In this document: in pieces, positions 39,502 to 53,680 of the stretch
Layout of the letters: each line of letters starts with the position of its first letter
Position numbering within the stretch: the stretch's first letter is position 1
Source of the DNA: Octopus bimaculoides
Lineage: Eukaryota
Reading direction: 5' to 3'
DNA: 64,000 nt
Assembly (NCBI RefSeq): GCF_001194135.2
Contig: NC_068983.1
Location: 52,970,280-53,034,279, forward strand
Notes under the pieces: generated by a model
Seen by the model: only the letters and a program-made list of their open reading frames with translations
The model's database searches: none
What the model was told of the DNA's origin: nothing
Program-made: the position numbers and the translations under genes

Positions 39502-39712
39502 GCGCGGAACACCGACTGAAGCTGTCAATAATCTATATGAACACAACGTTATCTGTTTTGCTACTTCTTGCGGTGGGTTGTGTATGTGTGAAGGGTGGAG
39601 GAGGAGAAACAGAATAAAGAAGGCTGATAAAACTTAGCGGAATCCCGCTTTCAAATCTTTTATTGACCGTCATCACTCCACGAACCTGTTTGTTGTCTCA
39701 GTATTCTTTTCC

Positions 39713-39802
<90 letters not shown>

Positions 39803-42154
39803 ATCGTATAATATATATATTTGTTATTGGTGTTGTTTCAGTCTCTATTCTGAGTGCCTGTCTGTCTGTCTGACCAGTTCACTTCTCTCCTCCACCAACA
39901 CCATCACACACACACACACATACATACACAATCCATTATTTCTGCAACCAACACAACACATCATATCACATTTACACCAAAGTGCAGCATAAAACCTGCA
40001 CAAACGACCGCAACCTTCACCAACCGCTAACAAAGACCACAGTGCCTACCTTCCGTCTCGGTTAACTTAAAAACACGAGGCAACGAAAAGGCTGAACTTG
40101 CTAGACGTAGAAGCCAAATTTCTCACAAATCACACCCTACTGTCTTTAAAAAAAAAAATAAATAACAACATCAACAACAGACGGACGCATTAGGTGAAGT
40201 AGTCCTAGATGAATTAAGGATGACCCGAGGCTAAAGAACACTAACTAAAAACCCAACACTAACATTTAAAAGCAAATACTATACAGATGTAATTCGGTTA
40301 AAAGCATACTCAGTGTATGTGTGAGTGGTTGTGTGAGCAGAAAGAAAAAAAAATTGAATGAATGAATGAAACTGATTTGGTGACGATGGGTGCAGGTGGT
40401 TATTTAATAGGGACTGTGGTTGGTGTCTTGTATGAAAAGAAGGATTGTAGTGCTGGTTGTGTTCAGTGAAGTTCAAGTGGGTGATGGTGGAATTCTGTAT
40501 GGCTCGAGGCCTTTATTTTATTTTTATTTGCTTACTTTAAAAATTATTTACGTGTGTAGGTAACTGTTTTGCATAAGATGATAAACCTTTTCAATAATAA
40601 AATGAAATATATATAATCATCATTATCATCTATGTAGTCTGTGCTATTAACATTATTATGATTCTCAATAAGCAAGTGTTGTAGAGAAGAAAGCTGCTAG
40701 CTGTCACTAATTCAATTCTGCATCTCGGTTTCGATTCCTGCCAAGAGAGAGAGAGGGTGAGAAGAAGAAAGAGCTATTTCTCTTACATCGCTAATGACTT
40801 TGGAAGAAAGGTGTGAATGTCGCAGCAAGCCGGTTTCCATCTCTTAAAACGTGCGACTCTGTGCTATGTTAATAAGCAAACATTTGTGAAAGAAAGAAAA
40901 AAGAAAATGATTACTTTTATTAGGACAATTTTTTTTTACTAAGAATGGGAACAGTCAAGTGGATTTGACGTTAGTACCCGAGTGGTATTTAGTTTATCGA
41001 CTGAGTCGACTATCAAAATCGATCCTGGTGTTAATTGAACTTAGAAGATAAGCGAACTAGTTATATTGAAACCTTAGGCTTGCTACATGCCATCATATCA
41101 TCATACTCTTGTTCAATCGACGCAAAGCTTCGCATGGCGATAAAGAATGAAAATAGTGAACTTAATGCTTTTCCTAAGTGAAATAATAAAGGGTTTGCAT
41201 AAGATATAATAGCAATAAGAGTCGTCGTCATCGTCGTTGAATGTTTCTTATATAGATACGAAGAAGAAGATTAAGTAATATTTAGTAATTTCCAATCGCA
41301 TCAGAACGGCGAGATGAAAGAAATTCTTCTTCGACTGTGAATTGAAACCAAGTCGCGAACTTGTATTTGTACCGAGCTTACTGCTGCATAACAACGCGCA
41401 TCGTTAATTCTGTTTTGATCGGGTACAAGGCCAGTTTCTACCGAGGGTGGAAGATAAGTCGATCGATGCGTTTTCTCTCTCACTCACAGTAGTATCTTAG
41501 TGGCGTTACTTAATACACTAACACAAAAGTGGCGAAAAGCTAAGTCGACCGAGACTCCCTGTCAGGACTTCTATGTGAAGATATTTTCGGCATTTCTACA
41601 CAGAACTAGAAAATATGTATATTTGCACTCGCTGACATCCTTCATATCACTTCTCTCATACTTTCCAATAAACCTCTTCCTTTTCCTTTTTTCCTCATCA
41701 ATATATTTTCTGTCTTCCTCTATTTTCTCATTCGATCTCTGTTCGAATCTACACACACGCATTCTTTACTCTATACTAACATATTCTTATACTTTTTTTT
41801 AACATAGTCTTGACTATATATGCAGGCAGATATCGATCTGCAATGTACATTTTATGCGCGCGTGTGTGCGTGTGTGTGTTAACTGGGAAATGTAAAAAAA
41901 GAAATTATATCCTGCATAAGTTTTAAACACTGATGTTTAAAAAAAAAATGGACTTCGACGTTCAAATAATGTTTGTGTTAAAAGTTCGGTAAGAAACTGA
42001 ACGTCTGCTAGAAGTATCTCTATTGATCATGCTGCTTTTTATTCGATTTCGTCTCCTTTTCTTGTTACTCTATAAAGGGATCACTTTGTTTTCGTAAATC
42101 ATCTGTTTCAATTCCAACGAATAACTTAAAATATTGACGTAATTAGCTGATTCA

Positions 42155-42189
<35 letters not shown>

Positions 42190-43192
42190 NNNNNNNNNNN
42201 NNNNNNNNNNNNNNNNNNNNNNNNNNNNNNNNNNNNNNNNNNNNNNNNNNNNNNNNNNNNNNNNNNNNNNNNNNNNNNNNNNNNNNNNNNNNNNNNNNNN
42301 NNNNNNNNNNNNNNNNNNNNNNNNNNNNNNNNNNNNNNNNNNNNNNNNNNNNNNNNNNNNNNNNNNNNNNNNNNNNNNNNNNNNNNNNNNNNNNNNNNNN
42401 NNNNNNNNNNNNNNNNNNNNNNNNNNNNNNNNNNNNNNNNNNNNNNNNNNNNNNNNNNNNNNNNNNNNNNNNNNNNNNNNNNNNNNNNNNNNNNNNNNNN
42501 NNNNNNNNNNNNNNNNNNNNNNNNNNNNNNNNNNNNNNNNNNNNNNNNNNNNNNNNNNNNNNNNNNNNNNNNNNNNNNNNNNNNNNNNNNNNNNNNNNNN
42601 NNNNNNNNNNNNNNNNNNNNNNNNNNNNNNNNNNNNNNNNNNNNNNNNNNNNNNNNNNNNNNNNNNNNNNNNNNNNNNNNNNNNNNNNNNNNNNNNNNNN
42701 NNNNNNNNNNNNNNNNNNNNNNNNNNNNNNNNNNNNNNNNNNNNNNNNNNNNNNNNNNNNNNNNNNNNNNNNNNNNNNNNNNNNNNNNNNNNNNNNNNNN
42801 NNNNNNNNNNNNNNNNNNNNNNNNNNNNNNNNNNNNNNNNNNNNNNNNNNNNNNNATAAACTATTGTAATCAATCAGTTCTCTCAAACAGACTTTTGATT
42901 TAAAATATTCAAGCCAAGACCAATCTGTCTTTTTGTATACCCAAAGCCACATTGTGTGATTTGAGGTGGTTTTAAGCAACCCAGTCTTCTAGTATAGGTT
43001 TTTGTAATTTCTCTTGGAATCGTATTTCTCATATTTAATCATTAATTTAATTTTGCATAATTGACATCTAAATCTATCAAAATACCTTATACTTTATTTA
43101 CACTTACAGACTAAGTTACTACTTTAAAATGTCACTTCCCCTTTTTCTTTTAAAAACTCAATCTTTTGTATCTGCTGTAGTCTATTACTTAC

Positions 43193-43235
43193 CAGGACCT
43201 GCTTGCATTCTGAACACACCCTAACTGTTATGCAG
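43193..43235 (-). other. Candidate 43-nt minus-strand exon
   Basis: Acceptor tttctattactctactcag; donor ctg|gtaagt. Confidence 0.3.
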
Positions 43236-43618
43236 CTGAGTAGAGTAATAGAAATTTAAAGCATCGTCTCCCCACCTCTATGCTCTTGTCGACAGACAGC
43301 CCTACAAACCAAGTGGGTTTTGTCTCTTCATTTTTTTTACTCTTAACGCGACTTTCAAAATTAGAAACGTTAATTGTATCTCGAGTTCATTAGGTTGCTG
43401 CTACCGGAACGTCTCTCCTTATTGTCATTTTCATTATCACTTGTTCTAACATTTTATTTGGTATTGAGTAAGCTGCAAAGTAAATAAATGAATTATTGAT
43501 TTCTAAACAATTATCCCGACTCTGTTTCTCTTCCGAAGTATCTTTTTTTAAGTTGCAGCCCTACAAGAATAATTAACTGAGACAAAAAAAGTAACAAAAT
43601 CCCGAAATCACTCGCAAC

Positions 43619-43677
<59 letters not shown>

Positions 43678-43803
43678 TACACATGTAGACGATCCGTTTT
43701 ACTTATTTGCCACTTTACAAGTTTTTAAATAGTCAGCTTTTCCGACTTAGAAAAGAAATTCTATCTCCTAGGTTTACCTTACACTAGCAGTCTTCATACT
43801 CAC

Positions 43804-44048
43804 CTTAGTTTCTTTGATTTTTATTCAACTTTATCTGCACCACCCACCATCCTTCCGACCCAACTTGCTGATACATTCCCCCCCCCCTCCTCTTCAACTT
43901 CTTTTTTTTTTTTTGTTCGCTCGTAATGTGTTTATATTTCTCCTACTTTCAATAAAATTCTCCTCTTTTCACCGCTTGTCATTCATAAAAATAGTATTTC
44001 TATCCAGTCTTTTCACTCTTTATGTAGGATGTAAATAGGTGAGGGAAG
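43804..44048 (-). other. Candidate non-coding minus-strand exon
   Basis: Acceptor gtcttttttttttcag; donor aag|gtgagt. Confidence 0.3.
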
Positions 44049-45321
44049 CTGAAAAAAAAAAGACTGCTATATACTCTTACGCCTAGCCTCTCAATTTGAG
44101 TCGCCCTGTTCAAACAATGTATTATTTTCTTTTAAAATGTATCATTGATCTGTTCTCCATTATAATACCTCTTCCTATCTTCCGACTACGTGTTTTCTTC
44201 GACTGGCACATCTAAAATTATTTTTAGTGATACCTCTCATCCTTTATAATCGTCACAATGCAGTTGGAAAAGGCATGAACATCACGTCCCATCTACCATC
44301 AACTAGGTTTTAAAATATACTTCGTGCCTACAACAGAAACAATTACCAGTGAGCGATGTAGATCAAGAGATAAACAGCTGGTACGCTAAACCATAGATCC
44401 GATTTCGATTCTCGATCGAATTCAGTTCATTTAAGTCACCATTGACCTTGGCCTCTCCTCTAACTTCATCTCTACACGAACATCCAGTGTGAAATTCTAT
44501 TCAGCTATTTAATGGTAGAACTAATATTAAACCAATATTTCATTTCTATTTTTACTCAACTCGGGCGAGTGCGATTTTGAACTTGAAAATTCAGATGCTT
44601 GTAAACACGTGTGTTTGCATCAGACAATGGATGTATATGATTCAGAGGACAAACGCATGATATACATGCTTACATAGTATGCCTCATACGATATTAGCCT
44701 TCACATGCTTGTTGTATTCATTTGAAAGAGAGTGGCGCGTATGCGTGCGTGCGTGCGCGTGTGTAATGCCAGTAAATTGTGTTCGATTCGTGTGCAACAT
44801 TAAATCATTTGATAAATAAATTAAGATAGACAGGGAGAATATTATAAATGCCATATATTTTATTCACGGAAAAATAAAAATAAAATGAACATCAAAAAAT
44901 AATCGCTATAGAATATTTTTATGACAGTTGTAGGCAAGTGATATACCACCTGTTAAGAAAAAGGAAAGTAAACGCACTTTTTATTGTCATATTGTAAATT
45001 CATTTTGCAATCTGGATTTTTTCATAATTCTGGTAAAGAAAGGAAATAGCGACAGCTCCCAATATAAAATAGATCACTTTGAATCTGTATTTGAAAAACT
45101 TTGAGTAATGACAGAGTAATGACACCATTTGGAATAAATAAACTACTACATACATTAAGTACCCCGCTCTCCCCATTTCTGTTCATATCACCTAACTCCC
45201 TCTTTCTCTCTCTTCCTCTTTTGCTCACCTTCCCCAGTTTCTCCCATCTATCTATCTATCCTTATATGTGTGTGTGTGTGCGTGTATGTTCTAATTTATT
45301 TCATTCAGGGTGAAATATCAA

Positions 45322-45505
45322 TAACTAGCACGCCGGGCGAAAATGCTTAGCGGTATTTCGTTTGTCTTTACGTTCTGAGTTCAAATTCCGCCGAGGTCGA
45401 CTTAGCCTTTCATCCTTTCGGGGGTCGATAAATTAAGTACCAGTTGCGTACGGGAGTCGATCAAATCGATCGGCCCCCCTCCCCCAAAATTTCGGGCCTT
45501 GTGAT
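45322..45505 (+). mobile_element. SINE B with intact CpGs
   Basis: cacgccgggcgaaaatgcttagcggtatttcg...ccgccgaggtcgac...aatttcgggccttgtg. Confidence 0.85.
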
Positions 45506-47129
45506 TATGTCCCACATTGATGAAAATATATTTTGATGGTAAAATACTAAATATTAACCTCACCCTGCCAGTTGACAAACATCACCAACCCATCCACCCC
45601 GAAAAAAATAAAAGCAAACAAAATAAACTTTCTACATTTTGTATAAACAATCTTAATCCGATGTGGCTCATGATAATCTGAGAAACAAGTGTACAAATTT
45701 ATGTGTATCTATTATAATGTGACATTATTCAATTTTATTAAGACGGTAAACGGCAGAGCTTAATTCTCATGGACGTTAAATTTCATATACCTAATCTAGG
45801 CAATGGGTTTGTACCTGTATATTGTTCTTATACATTTTTTTTTCTTCATTAAGATGTCTGTATTTATTGAGTTAGTGCCAGCGTAGTTTGAGTTTTCCAA
45901 ACTATTTTTCACATTTCTAAATATAATACACACCAATCAATATATTTTCTGGTCGTCTTCAGAGCCTTCACGTTTATATTTGTTGCTGCACATCTATTTC
46001 TTTGTGTCTGAACATATACTTTACGAAATGAGTTTGATTTTCCCTAAAACTCGACATTCCTTTTTTTCTTTCCCTGTTGAAACCACATCCTTCTAGCATT
46101 AAGTTTTAAAAGCTATATACCACACGGTGCGAGTGGGTGCAGTCATACTTCGAAAAATTTTGTTGTATTTAATTAGTTTATGTAAGTTTGTCACCTGGCT
46201 TTCTTTTATCCTTTTCCTTATTACATGTGCGCAATATATACATGCGTAGACACATATACTTATGCCTGTACATATATGCGAACATATCTACTTATGGTTG
46301 TGTATGTATATATGAAAATGTTTTTATGTCGTGTTCTGATACAAATAATTTTAATTTAAACTGAAGAAATTACTCAGTACTCATTGTAGAGTACATATTT
46401 TACTATACTTTTGCGAGTAGAGACAGTGACTTCGAAATTTCGGCCAGCTCACTTTCGTTATATTATATATATATATATATATATCCTTTTAACCGAAAGA
46501 CAGCCCTGCTTATAATCAAAAACGCTTGCAGCCATTCCATATCACCTCTCTTAAGTGTATCTAGGATTCCATTGTCGAAGTGTGCGCTTTCTTTATTTAA
46601 GACGGAAGGGTTTGATTTGAGGAAGACATCTCTCGCAGAAGTTCTGCACACCCTCGCGTGCGCGCACGCATTTATTGGCGCAGTGTGGCTGAATGAAAAC
46701 GTTCACGTTGCAACCATGTAGTCCTGGGTTCGATACCATTGAGTGGCATCCTGAGAAAATGTCATTTTTTGTTACCTTAGATCGACCTACAATTTATAAG
46801 TGAAACTGGATTGATGGAAACAGCATAGAAGAGCATTGCGTGGATTGTACCTAAAATACAAAAGAAGATAAAGTCTTGTTACACATCATTTTGATTCTTT
46901 CGTTCAAAATACTTGTCTGTGGTATGTTCAGCTACTTACACGTTTGTTCAGGAGCAGTTACTGCGGTTGATCGAACTTTAGCATCATTATCAGATAACAG
47001 AGATTCCAACAAACCATGTGTGTAATGTAGACAAGCAATGTAAAACTACGTTTTTCTTTTTTTATTTTTTGTTGTTTTTTCGTAAACTTTCATTATCACC
47101 TTGTTACGTATTTTTATCCATCAGTTTCT

Positions 47130-48060
47130 AAAGAGATGTAGATTTTGTCAGAAATTTCGCTGATATACCAGATACAAACAGAAGTTACTGTGCATAACAG
47201 GACGACCCACCTCTTCGATAAGGGTTCAGCCTGGGTCAAACAATTCTACCTTCATGGTTCCTTTGACAGTGCTGAAATCTGCAAACTCATTAGGGTGTTA
47301 CTTATTAGATGCCTTGCAAAAAAGGTTCCCAACTGCCACGTTTTGTTTGTACAGGGATGACACTGGTTATATAGGGAGTGCCAATGGGCTAAATTAAGGA
47401 AAGACGTTATTCAGTTTGACTAGTTACTAAGAACCTGCTCTTGGTTAACTTCTTCAATATATTTGATATAGACACTAGCTTCTACAAACCTTACCACGGG
47501 CCCAATTTTAAAATTTACCTATATTAACAGTGAATCTTGACACCTGATCTTGCTGTTCAAACTGAAAAGAGTGAGCAAAAAGATTTCAAATCTCTCCTCA
47601 AATTAGGATATCTCTGATAGGGTAAACCCCTTATTACAATAATGTCACATTGCCAAGCATGTTTGAAGAGAAGGTCACTTACACACTAAATCTCAAACCA
47701 TCAAAAGCAATGTTTCCTCAAAATTATGTGGTTCACAACCCCTGTCTCTTTTATTGTTCAGCGTAGGTCAGTTAGTTGATAGACATTTTCCTACTACACA
47801 TGAGTATAGTAAGCCTTTCATTGGATACACTCTTACAGTCTCCATTCAGTTGTACATTCTAATTGAAAAATGAGCGTTAGCACAATTCCACCCACTATTA
47901 GTACTGGGATCAGTCCTTGTAGCATGCTGAGTATTCATTGCAACATAAAAGCCAATGTGTATCTTGGGGAGACTAAACAACATATCCAACACAAAGAACT
48001 ATATTAGCTTGTTGGTGAGATGCTTCAAGAAAAGGATTTTCACATCATCTAGCACTGAGA
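47130..48060 (+). mobile_element. Decayed Penelope-like element (RT plus GIY-YIG)
   Basis: Frameshifted motifs GSFDSAEICKL, LYRDD, FYKPYHGPN, HFPTTHEYSK, VYLGETKQH. Confidence 0.7.
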
Positions 48061-48429
48061 AGTGAAACATTGCTACACTGACCAAATACATATGGGATTA
48101 GAGGGGAAGGCTGCTGACTGACAACAAATGGGGGATATTAGAAAATGAAAAGCCATAATCCAGTAGCAGAAGAAGGGGTAGATTGTCCTCAATGGAGTGT
48201 ATATATGTACAAACACATATATACATGTATGTGTATATGTCCATAACTGTATGTGTATATGTACATTATTGTGGCTGTAGATATATGTTTAAATACATAT
48301 ATGCAGATACATCGACAAATATGTGTGATGACAAAAGATAGATCTCAGTATTCCTGGAAATAGAGGACTATAATTATTGAATGATACAGGTATGGACACT
48401 TATGTTCAAGATTCTAATAATTCAAGAGA

Positions 48430-49440
48430 AAGACTTTATTTTATGTAAAGCTAATCATGTATGTCTGGTCAAGTGGGCAAGTTTCTGGATTTCTACAGTT
48501 ACAAATTGGAAGAGGTGCCAGATGTGATCTGTGAGTGATAACATTTTTCATGTTGGGGCAACAGCTGTATGACACTTTCACTGGATGCGTATGAAAAGTT
48601 TTCCTATATTTATTGCTACCCAGGAAGTGCTTATCTATCAAAGCCAAGAATTTTCTACTTAATCTATCCTATGTCTGGTGTTAAGTTTCTTATTATTAAT
48701 TATAGTTATGTATGCTTTCTTCTGTTTGGAGCCACTTGTTAGTCAGGGTATTTTTATATAGGAAGTTACCTTATCAAATATCTCCTTAGAAAAACAAATT
48801 AGATACTGCTGATATTGACTGCAAGACTTTTATACATGACAAGATGTTATGTATATACATGAATTTGTCATTGGTTTTATATAGGTAGGGTTTATAAAAG
48901 CATAAGTTTAGGTCTAGGGAATCATCTAAAAGATCATTAGAGAGATTAGTGGTTACAGTTATTTGGCCTAATTAACTACAAGTAGAAATGAGATTTTTCT
49001 TAAATTTATTGAGTGTATGTCACTGCTGTCATGAAACATTCCTATTCTATATGCCTAAGCCTTACCAGATAAGGTAACTGAGTTTGCCAAAATATATGTC
49101 AATATTTTTATCATGTATGCATTGAAAAACCTTTTGAGTATAGGGTTTAGAATGGGTACAAAAGAAATTTGAAACTGTGTTGATGGGATCATATAACAAT
49201 GTTGAGATATGTGACCTAATAGGTCTCTTTACATGAAATACATTAAGATTTAAGTTCCAGTCCCTTGACATTGGTCTATACTTTGATGGTAGATTAAGCA
49301 TGTATCATAGCTGCAATGGACACCACTTGATAAATTTTGGCAAAATCTCACCTGGAACACCTGGAACATACATTCTTTATTGTATCTCTGGAAAAGTCTT
49401 TGAATAACTCCTTGAGTCCTGTTACCACCTTGGCCTTGGT
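48430..49440 (-). mobile_element. Decayed Penelope-like element
   Basis: HF..SNKYRKTFHTHPVKVSYSCCPNMKNVI...CNCRNPETCPLD is the typical Penelope RT-endonuclease linker. Confidence 0.7.
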
Positions 49441-49451
49441 GTTGCATATAT

Positions 49452-49485
<34 letters not shown>

Positions 49486-49860
49486 GAGAAATTATAATAA
49501 ACACAAGTTTATATTATTAGCTTCTACCTGTCTTTCACCATTATGGTTGTTTGGAAGCTTTTATTGCGAGTGCTTTTGGATGCTTTACCTGAGTGGATCA
49601 TCAAGGAACAGTTTACTGCATTAAGTTCAATGGCGAAACATACGAATAATATAAACTTGTGTTTATTGTAATTTCTCTGTATTTCATAACTAGTAATATT
49701 ATTAAATATAACAGTTGCTTAATCAGTATAATGGAAGCAGACTAGACCATGATAATCAATGTGGAGCTCTAAACTTAACAGTAGGTGTTGTACATCTATT
49801 GGTATACACTATATATATATTTATACATACCTACACACACACATACATACATACATACAT

Positions 49861-50053
49861 AACTTAGATTGGTTTCAGACATTATCAGCCCAGGCCATGA
49901 CTAACTCAATAGCACCACCTGCAGAGGTCTTTTTGTGCGCACACACACACGCACACGCACACACACACACACACGTATAAAAAAAAACTCTTCACGGGGT
50001 GCTATTGAATTAGTCATGGCCTGGGCTGATAATGGCTGAAACCAATCTCAGTT
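49861..50053. mobile_element. MITE with about 56-bp TIRs and a (CA)n core
   Basis: aacttagattggtttcagacattatcagcccaggccatgactaactcaatagcacc vs its reverse complement at 49998-50053, 3 mismatches. Confidence 0.85.
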
Positions 50054-50589
50054 GTCTAATATATGTGTGTATGTATAAGTGTGTGTATATATATAAATAT
50101 GTATATATATATGAATACATATATCGCACATACATCACAGGCAAACACACACCCACACAAATGTATATCAATGAAGGAACTAACTGAGTTGATAAAATGT
50201 TAGAATATTTTAGAATACTTTGTTTACTAACTGAACTCATTTATACATAAATCTTGTGAGTAGATTTGGAAGACTGAAACTGAAAGAAGCCTGTTGTACA
50301 TGTATATATGTGTGTGTGTGTGTTTTACTGTCTCCTTGCCTAGCTTTCATATAATAGTTGTAAACGAATGCCACTTTCATCAAAGTGATGTCCTTCACTT
50401 TCAATCTTCTGTATAAACATGTCTAGTTTTGGGGAATATTACCTTACCAGGAAACAGGCAAGGTTTGGTATTAGGATGGGCATCCAGCTGTAAAATATCA
50501 ATCTCTGCAAACTCCATCCTATCCATACAAGCTTGGAAAAGTGGACATTAAACTATGATGGTGATGATAATTTATATCTACACTTATTT

Positions 50590-50793
50590 ATATTTACTTG
50601 TTTCAGTCATTTTGACTGTGGCCATGCTAGAGCACTGTCTTTTAACCAAAGAAATCGACCCCTGGACTTATTCTTTGTAAGCCTGGTACTTATTCTATTG
50701 GTCTCTTTTGCCGAACCGCTAAGTTATGGGGACGCAAACACACCAAGATCGGTTGTGAAGAGATGGTGGAGGGTCAAACACAGACAGAAACAC

Positions 50794-50838
<45 letters not shown>

Positions 50839-50995
50839 TACACGCACAGGCTTCTTTCAGTTTTTATCTACCAAATCTACTTACATGGCTTTGGTCAGCC
50901 CGAGGCTATAGTAGAAGACACTTGCCCAAGGTGCCATACAGTGGAACCGAACCCGGAAACATGTGGTTTGGAAGCAAGCTTCCAACCACACAGCC
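50590..50995 (-). mobile_element. SINE A
   Basis: Reverse-complement match to family A. Confidence 0.85.
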
Positions 50996-51184
50996 CCCAG
51001 AAGTGATAAATTACAGGACTGAATACAAATGTAGAGTATTCTTTAATACATTTTATCTGAAGAGCTCCAATATCCAGAGCTCAGAGTTATTTGCTTCTGA
51101 TCATCAGCTGCTAAACCAATCCTGGTTTTTCTTTTGAAATAACCACTGTTTGAATGTTCTGTTTAGTCCATACTCTTTTCTACT

Positions 51185-51385
51185 CTAGGCATTAGGCCTG
51201 AAATTTTGGGGTAGGGGGCCAGTTGATTTGATTGCCCCCAGTATGCAACTGGTTCTTAATTTATTGACCCTGAAAGGATGAAAGACAAAGTTGACCTTGG
51301 CGGAATTTGAACTCAGAATGTAAAGACAGATGAAATACCGCTAAGCATTTCACCCGGCGTCTTAACGTTTCTGCCAGCTTGCCAC
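51185..51385 (-). mobile_element. SINE B
   Basis: Reverse-complement match to family B. Confidence 0.8.
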
Positions 51386-51486
51386 CTTCTGTTTAGTCCA
51401 TACTGTCTGGAAAGACAGTACAGACTAAATAGATCAAAAGGAGACATGTGAGATAAAGAGACAGTGAATAATTTTTGAAATATAAA

Positions 51487-51517
<31 letters not shown>

Positions 51518-52298
51518 TTTATATGTGTGTGTCCATATACAACTTGTCCTGGCACATGCTACCTTCTGTTTTCGGATGGTCAGTTGTGATTTCGTTATTT
51601 TATATCTCTATTTCCTGTTTGAATGACTACATAGAATTCTCTTTGTCTTATTGTGTACTTCAATACTTGTCTTTGTACTTGTTTTTCATTCAGAGTACAT
51701 TGCTTGAAAATATTAGCTAGTTCCTCATGGAGTTCAATACATTGGTGCTAAAAGCTGTTGTTGCTTCTATAATAATTTTAATTTAAGAACTAAAATTTGT
51801 CGGTTTGTTCTGTTTCTCTGGCAACATACAGTAGAAAATGAGATGTTAATGAAGAAGATATAAATATGCATGGGAAAAACCACTATTTTCCTCAGTCAAT
51901 GTTTTATACATGTCATGAAATTTATTAAATTATCACCAAATTAATTGTCAAATGAGTAATAATAGGGTTCCTAACTTAGATAGGGATGCTACCATCTTAA
52001 CATATATCATGATAGCATGACTCCGCATAATCGGATTCTAATTCTAATTATTTCTAAAAAGGTTTTACAAAAGTTATGGAAGAAATACGATTATAAAACT
52101 TAATTAAAGCAATAAGCTACAAAAATATTTTGAAGGTCATGTAATTATGAAAATTTTTCAATTTATTGATTAAAGAATATTGTGAACAAATAGACCATGT
52201 CATTTGCAGACTGTGAACATTGCCCACTGGAGTGTTATTTGTAGCATTCTATACGTGTGTCTGCATGTGTGTGTGTGTGTACATACATATATATATAT

Positions 52299-52480
52299 AG
52301 TGAAGGTGCATGAGCTAGTGGTTAGGATGTTGCATTCATGATCACCAGATTGTGAGTTCAATTCCTGAACCAAGCCAAGTATTGTTTTCTTAAAAACACT
52401 TCATTTCACGTTTCTCCCGGTCACTCAGCTGTAAATGGACAAGCTTTCTGGTCAGAGATAATGTTGGCCTGCTCACCTAG
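52299..52480 (+). mobile_element. tRNA-headed SINE, family D
   Basis: tagtggttagg A-box-like, gagttcaattcc B-box-like, acacttcatttcacg...actcagctg; related to 61910. Confidence 0.6.
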
Positions 52481-53039
52481 CTAAAATTATATCAAGTGCA
52501 TTGTAATCAGCGATATATAACAATATATAGTCTGGTTGAGCATGTGATATATATAAATGTGTGTGTTTGTATGTATGTGTATATATATGTTATATGTTAT
52601 GGTTCACTTTTTATACAGCAACAGCTCTCTCAATGTAGACATATGTATATAAACGTAAGTTTCTATGCTTACATTTCATGAATGTAGGTTGTTCAAAACC
52701 GTGTCTGATTATTATATGTCAGTCATTTTAAAAGAACTGAGTAAGATGGTCACTTTCTACACAGCTGGGTTAATTCACTGGTAGACCATTGAACAGTTTT
52801 CTGCAACCAAAGTGACAGCACGACTTTCTCTTATATCTTTACTCAGACAAGGATCCAGAATACATGTTTCAGAACATTCGATTCTTTATTCCTCACATAA
52901 ATTGAACTTAGCATTATCTTTTATGATTACTCCTGTGAGCTGCTTGTTGCCAAAACAAGCAGTCAACAATTCCCCCCATTTTCCAGATTTAACCATTATA
53001 ATAGTATAGTTTGATAAGCCATCATTCTTTTACATCTAT

Positions 53040-53680
53040 TTTCCATGCTGACAGAAATTGAACATTTTGACAGTATCCAGCAGGCCAGAAGATTATGTTT
53101 TTGGTCCAGTGTCTCAGTTTTTGCATGGTTTCTATGTCTTTCATGATGCCAATCACTTTACCAACTTTACTGGATTCCTTTTTACTGGTACCAGCACTGA
53201 TGAAGTTGTCTTCTAACTTGCAAGACTAAAGAGTCTCCTCAACTAAGAGTGATAGAGGTTTATACAAGTTGTTATGAGGTTGATAGCATAGGTGGGAGGA
53301 GCAGCAACAGATTTATTGGTGTATAGGAGATTCATGGCTACTTCACACTTCACATGGGTGGAGGGAACTGGTTGTTGTAGTATTCAAAACGGAAAATGGC
53401 AGTAACGGGATGCCAGACAGTATCCTGAAGATAACATGTCCAAGAAGGTAATCAGATGTGAATATTGAACCAGAAGAAGCAGTAAGAGTGGGTGAGATTG
53501 CCTGAGTGGGAGTTGAGTGACAAATGGATACAAACATGAGGTGACAGTAGTCAAATGTATATAAGGGATGGATATAGTAAATGGTGAACAAGGGTGGGAT
53601 GGTAAATATGAGAGCACAATCATAAGAATGAGGGATGGATGTTGATTGGGAGAAGCTTGGAGTGGGGGAGCAGTAACTGG
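53040..53680 (-). mobile_element. Old RTE-tail/purine-rich element
   Basis: Diverged copy of the 7440/12470 arrangement. Confidence 0.45.

Noticed and set aside
42070-42979. ORFs spanning N runs (also at 19017-19386, 20820-21306, 26040-26531)
   Set aside because: Assembly gaps translated as X
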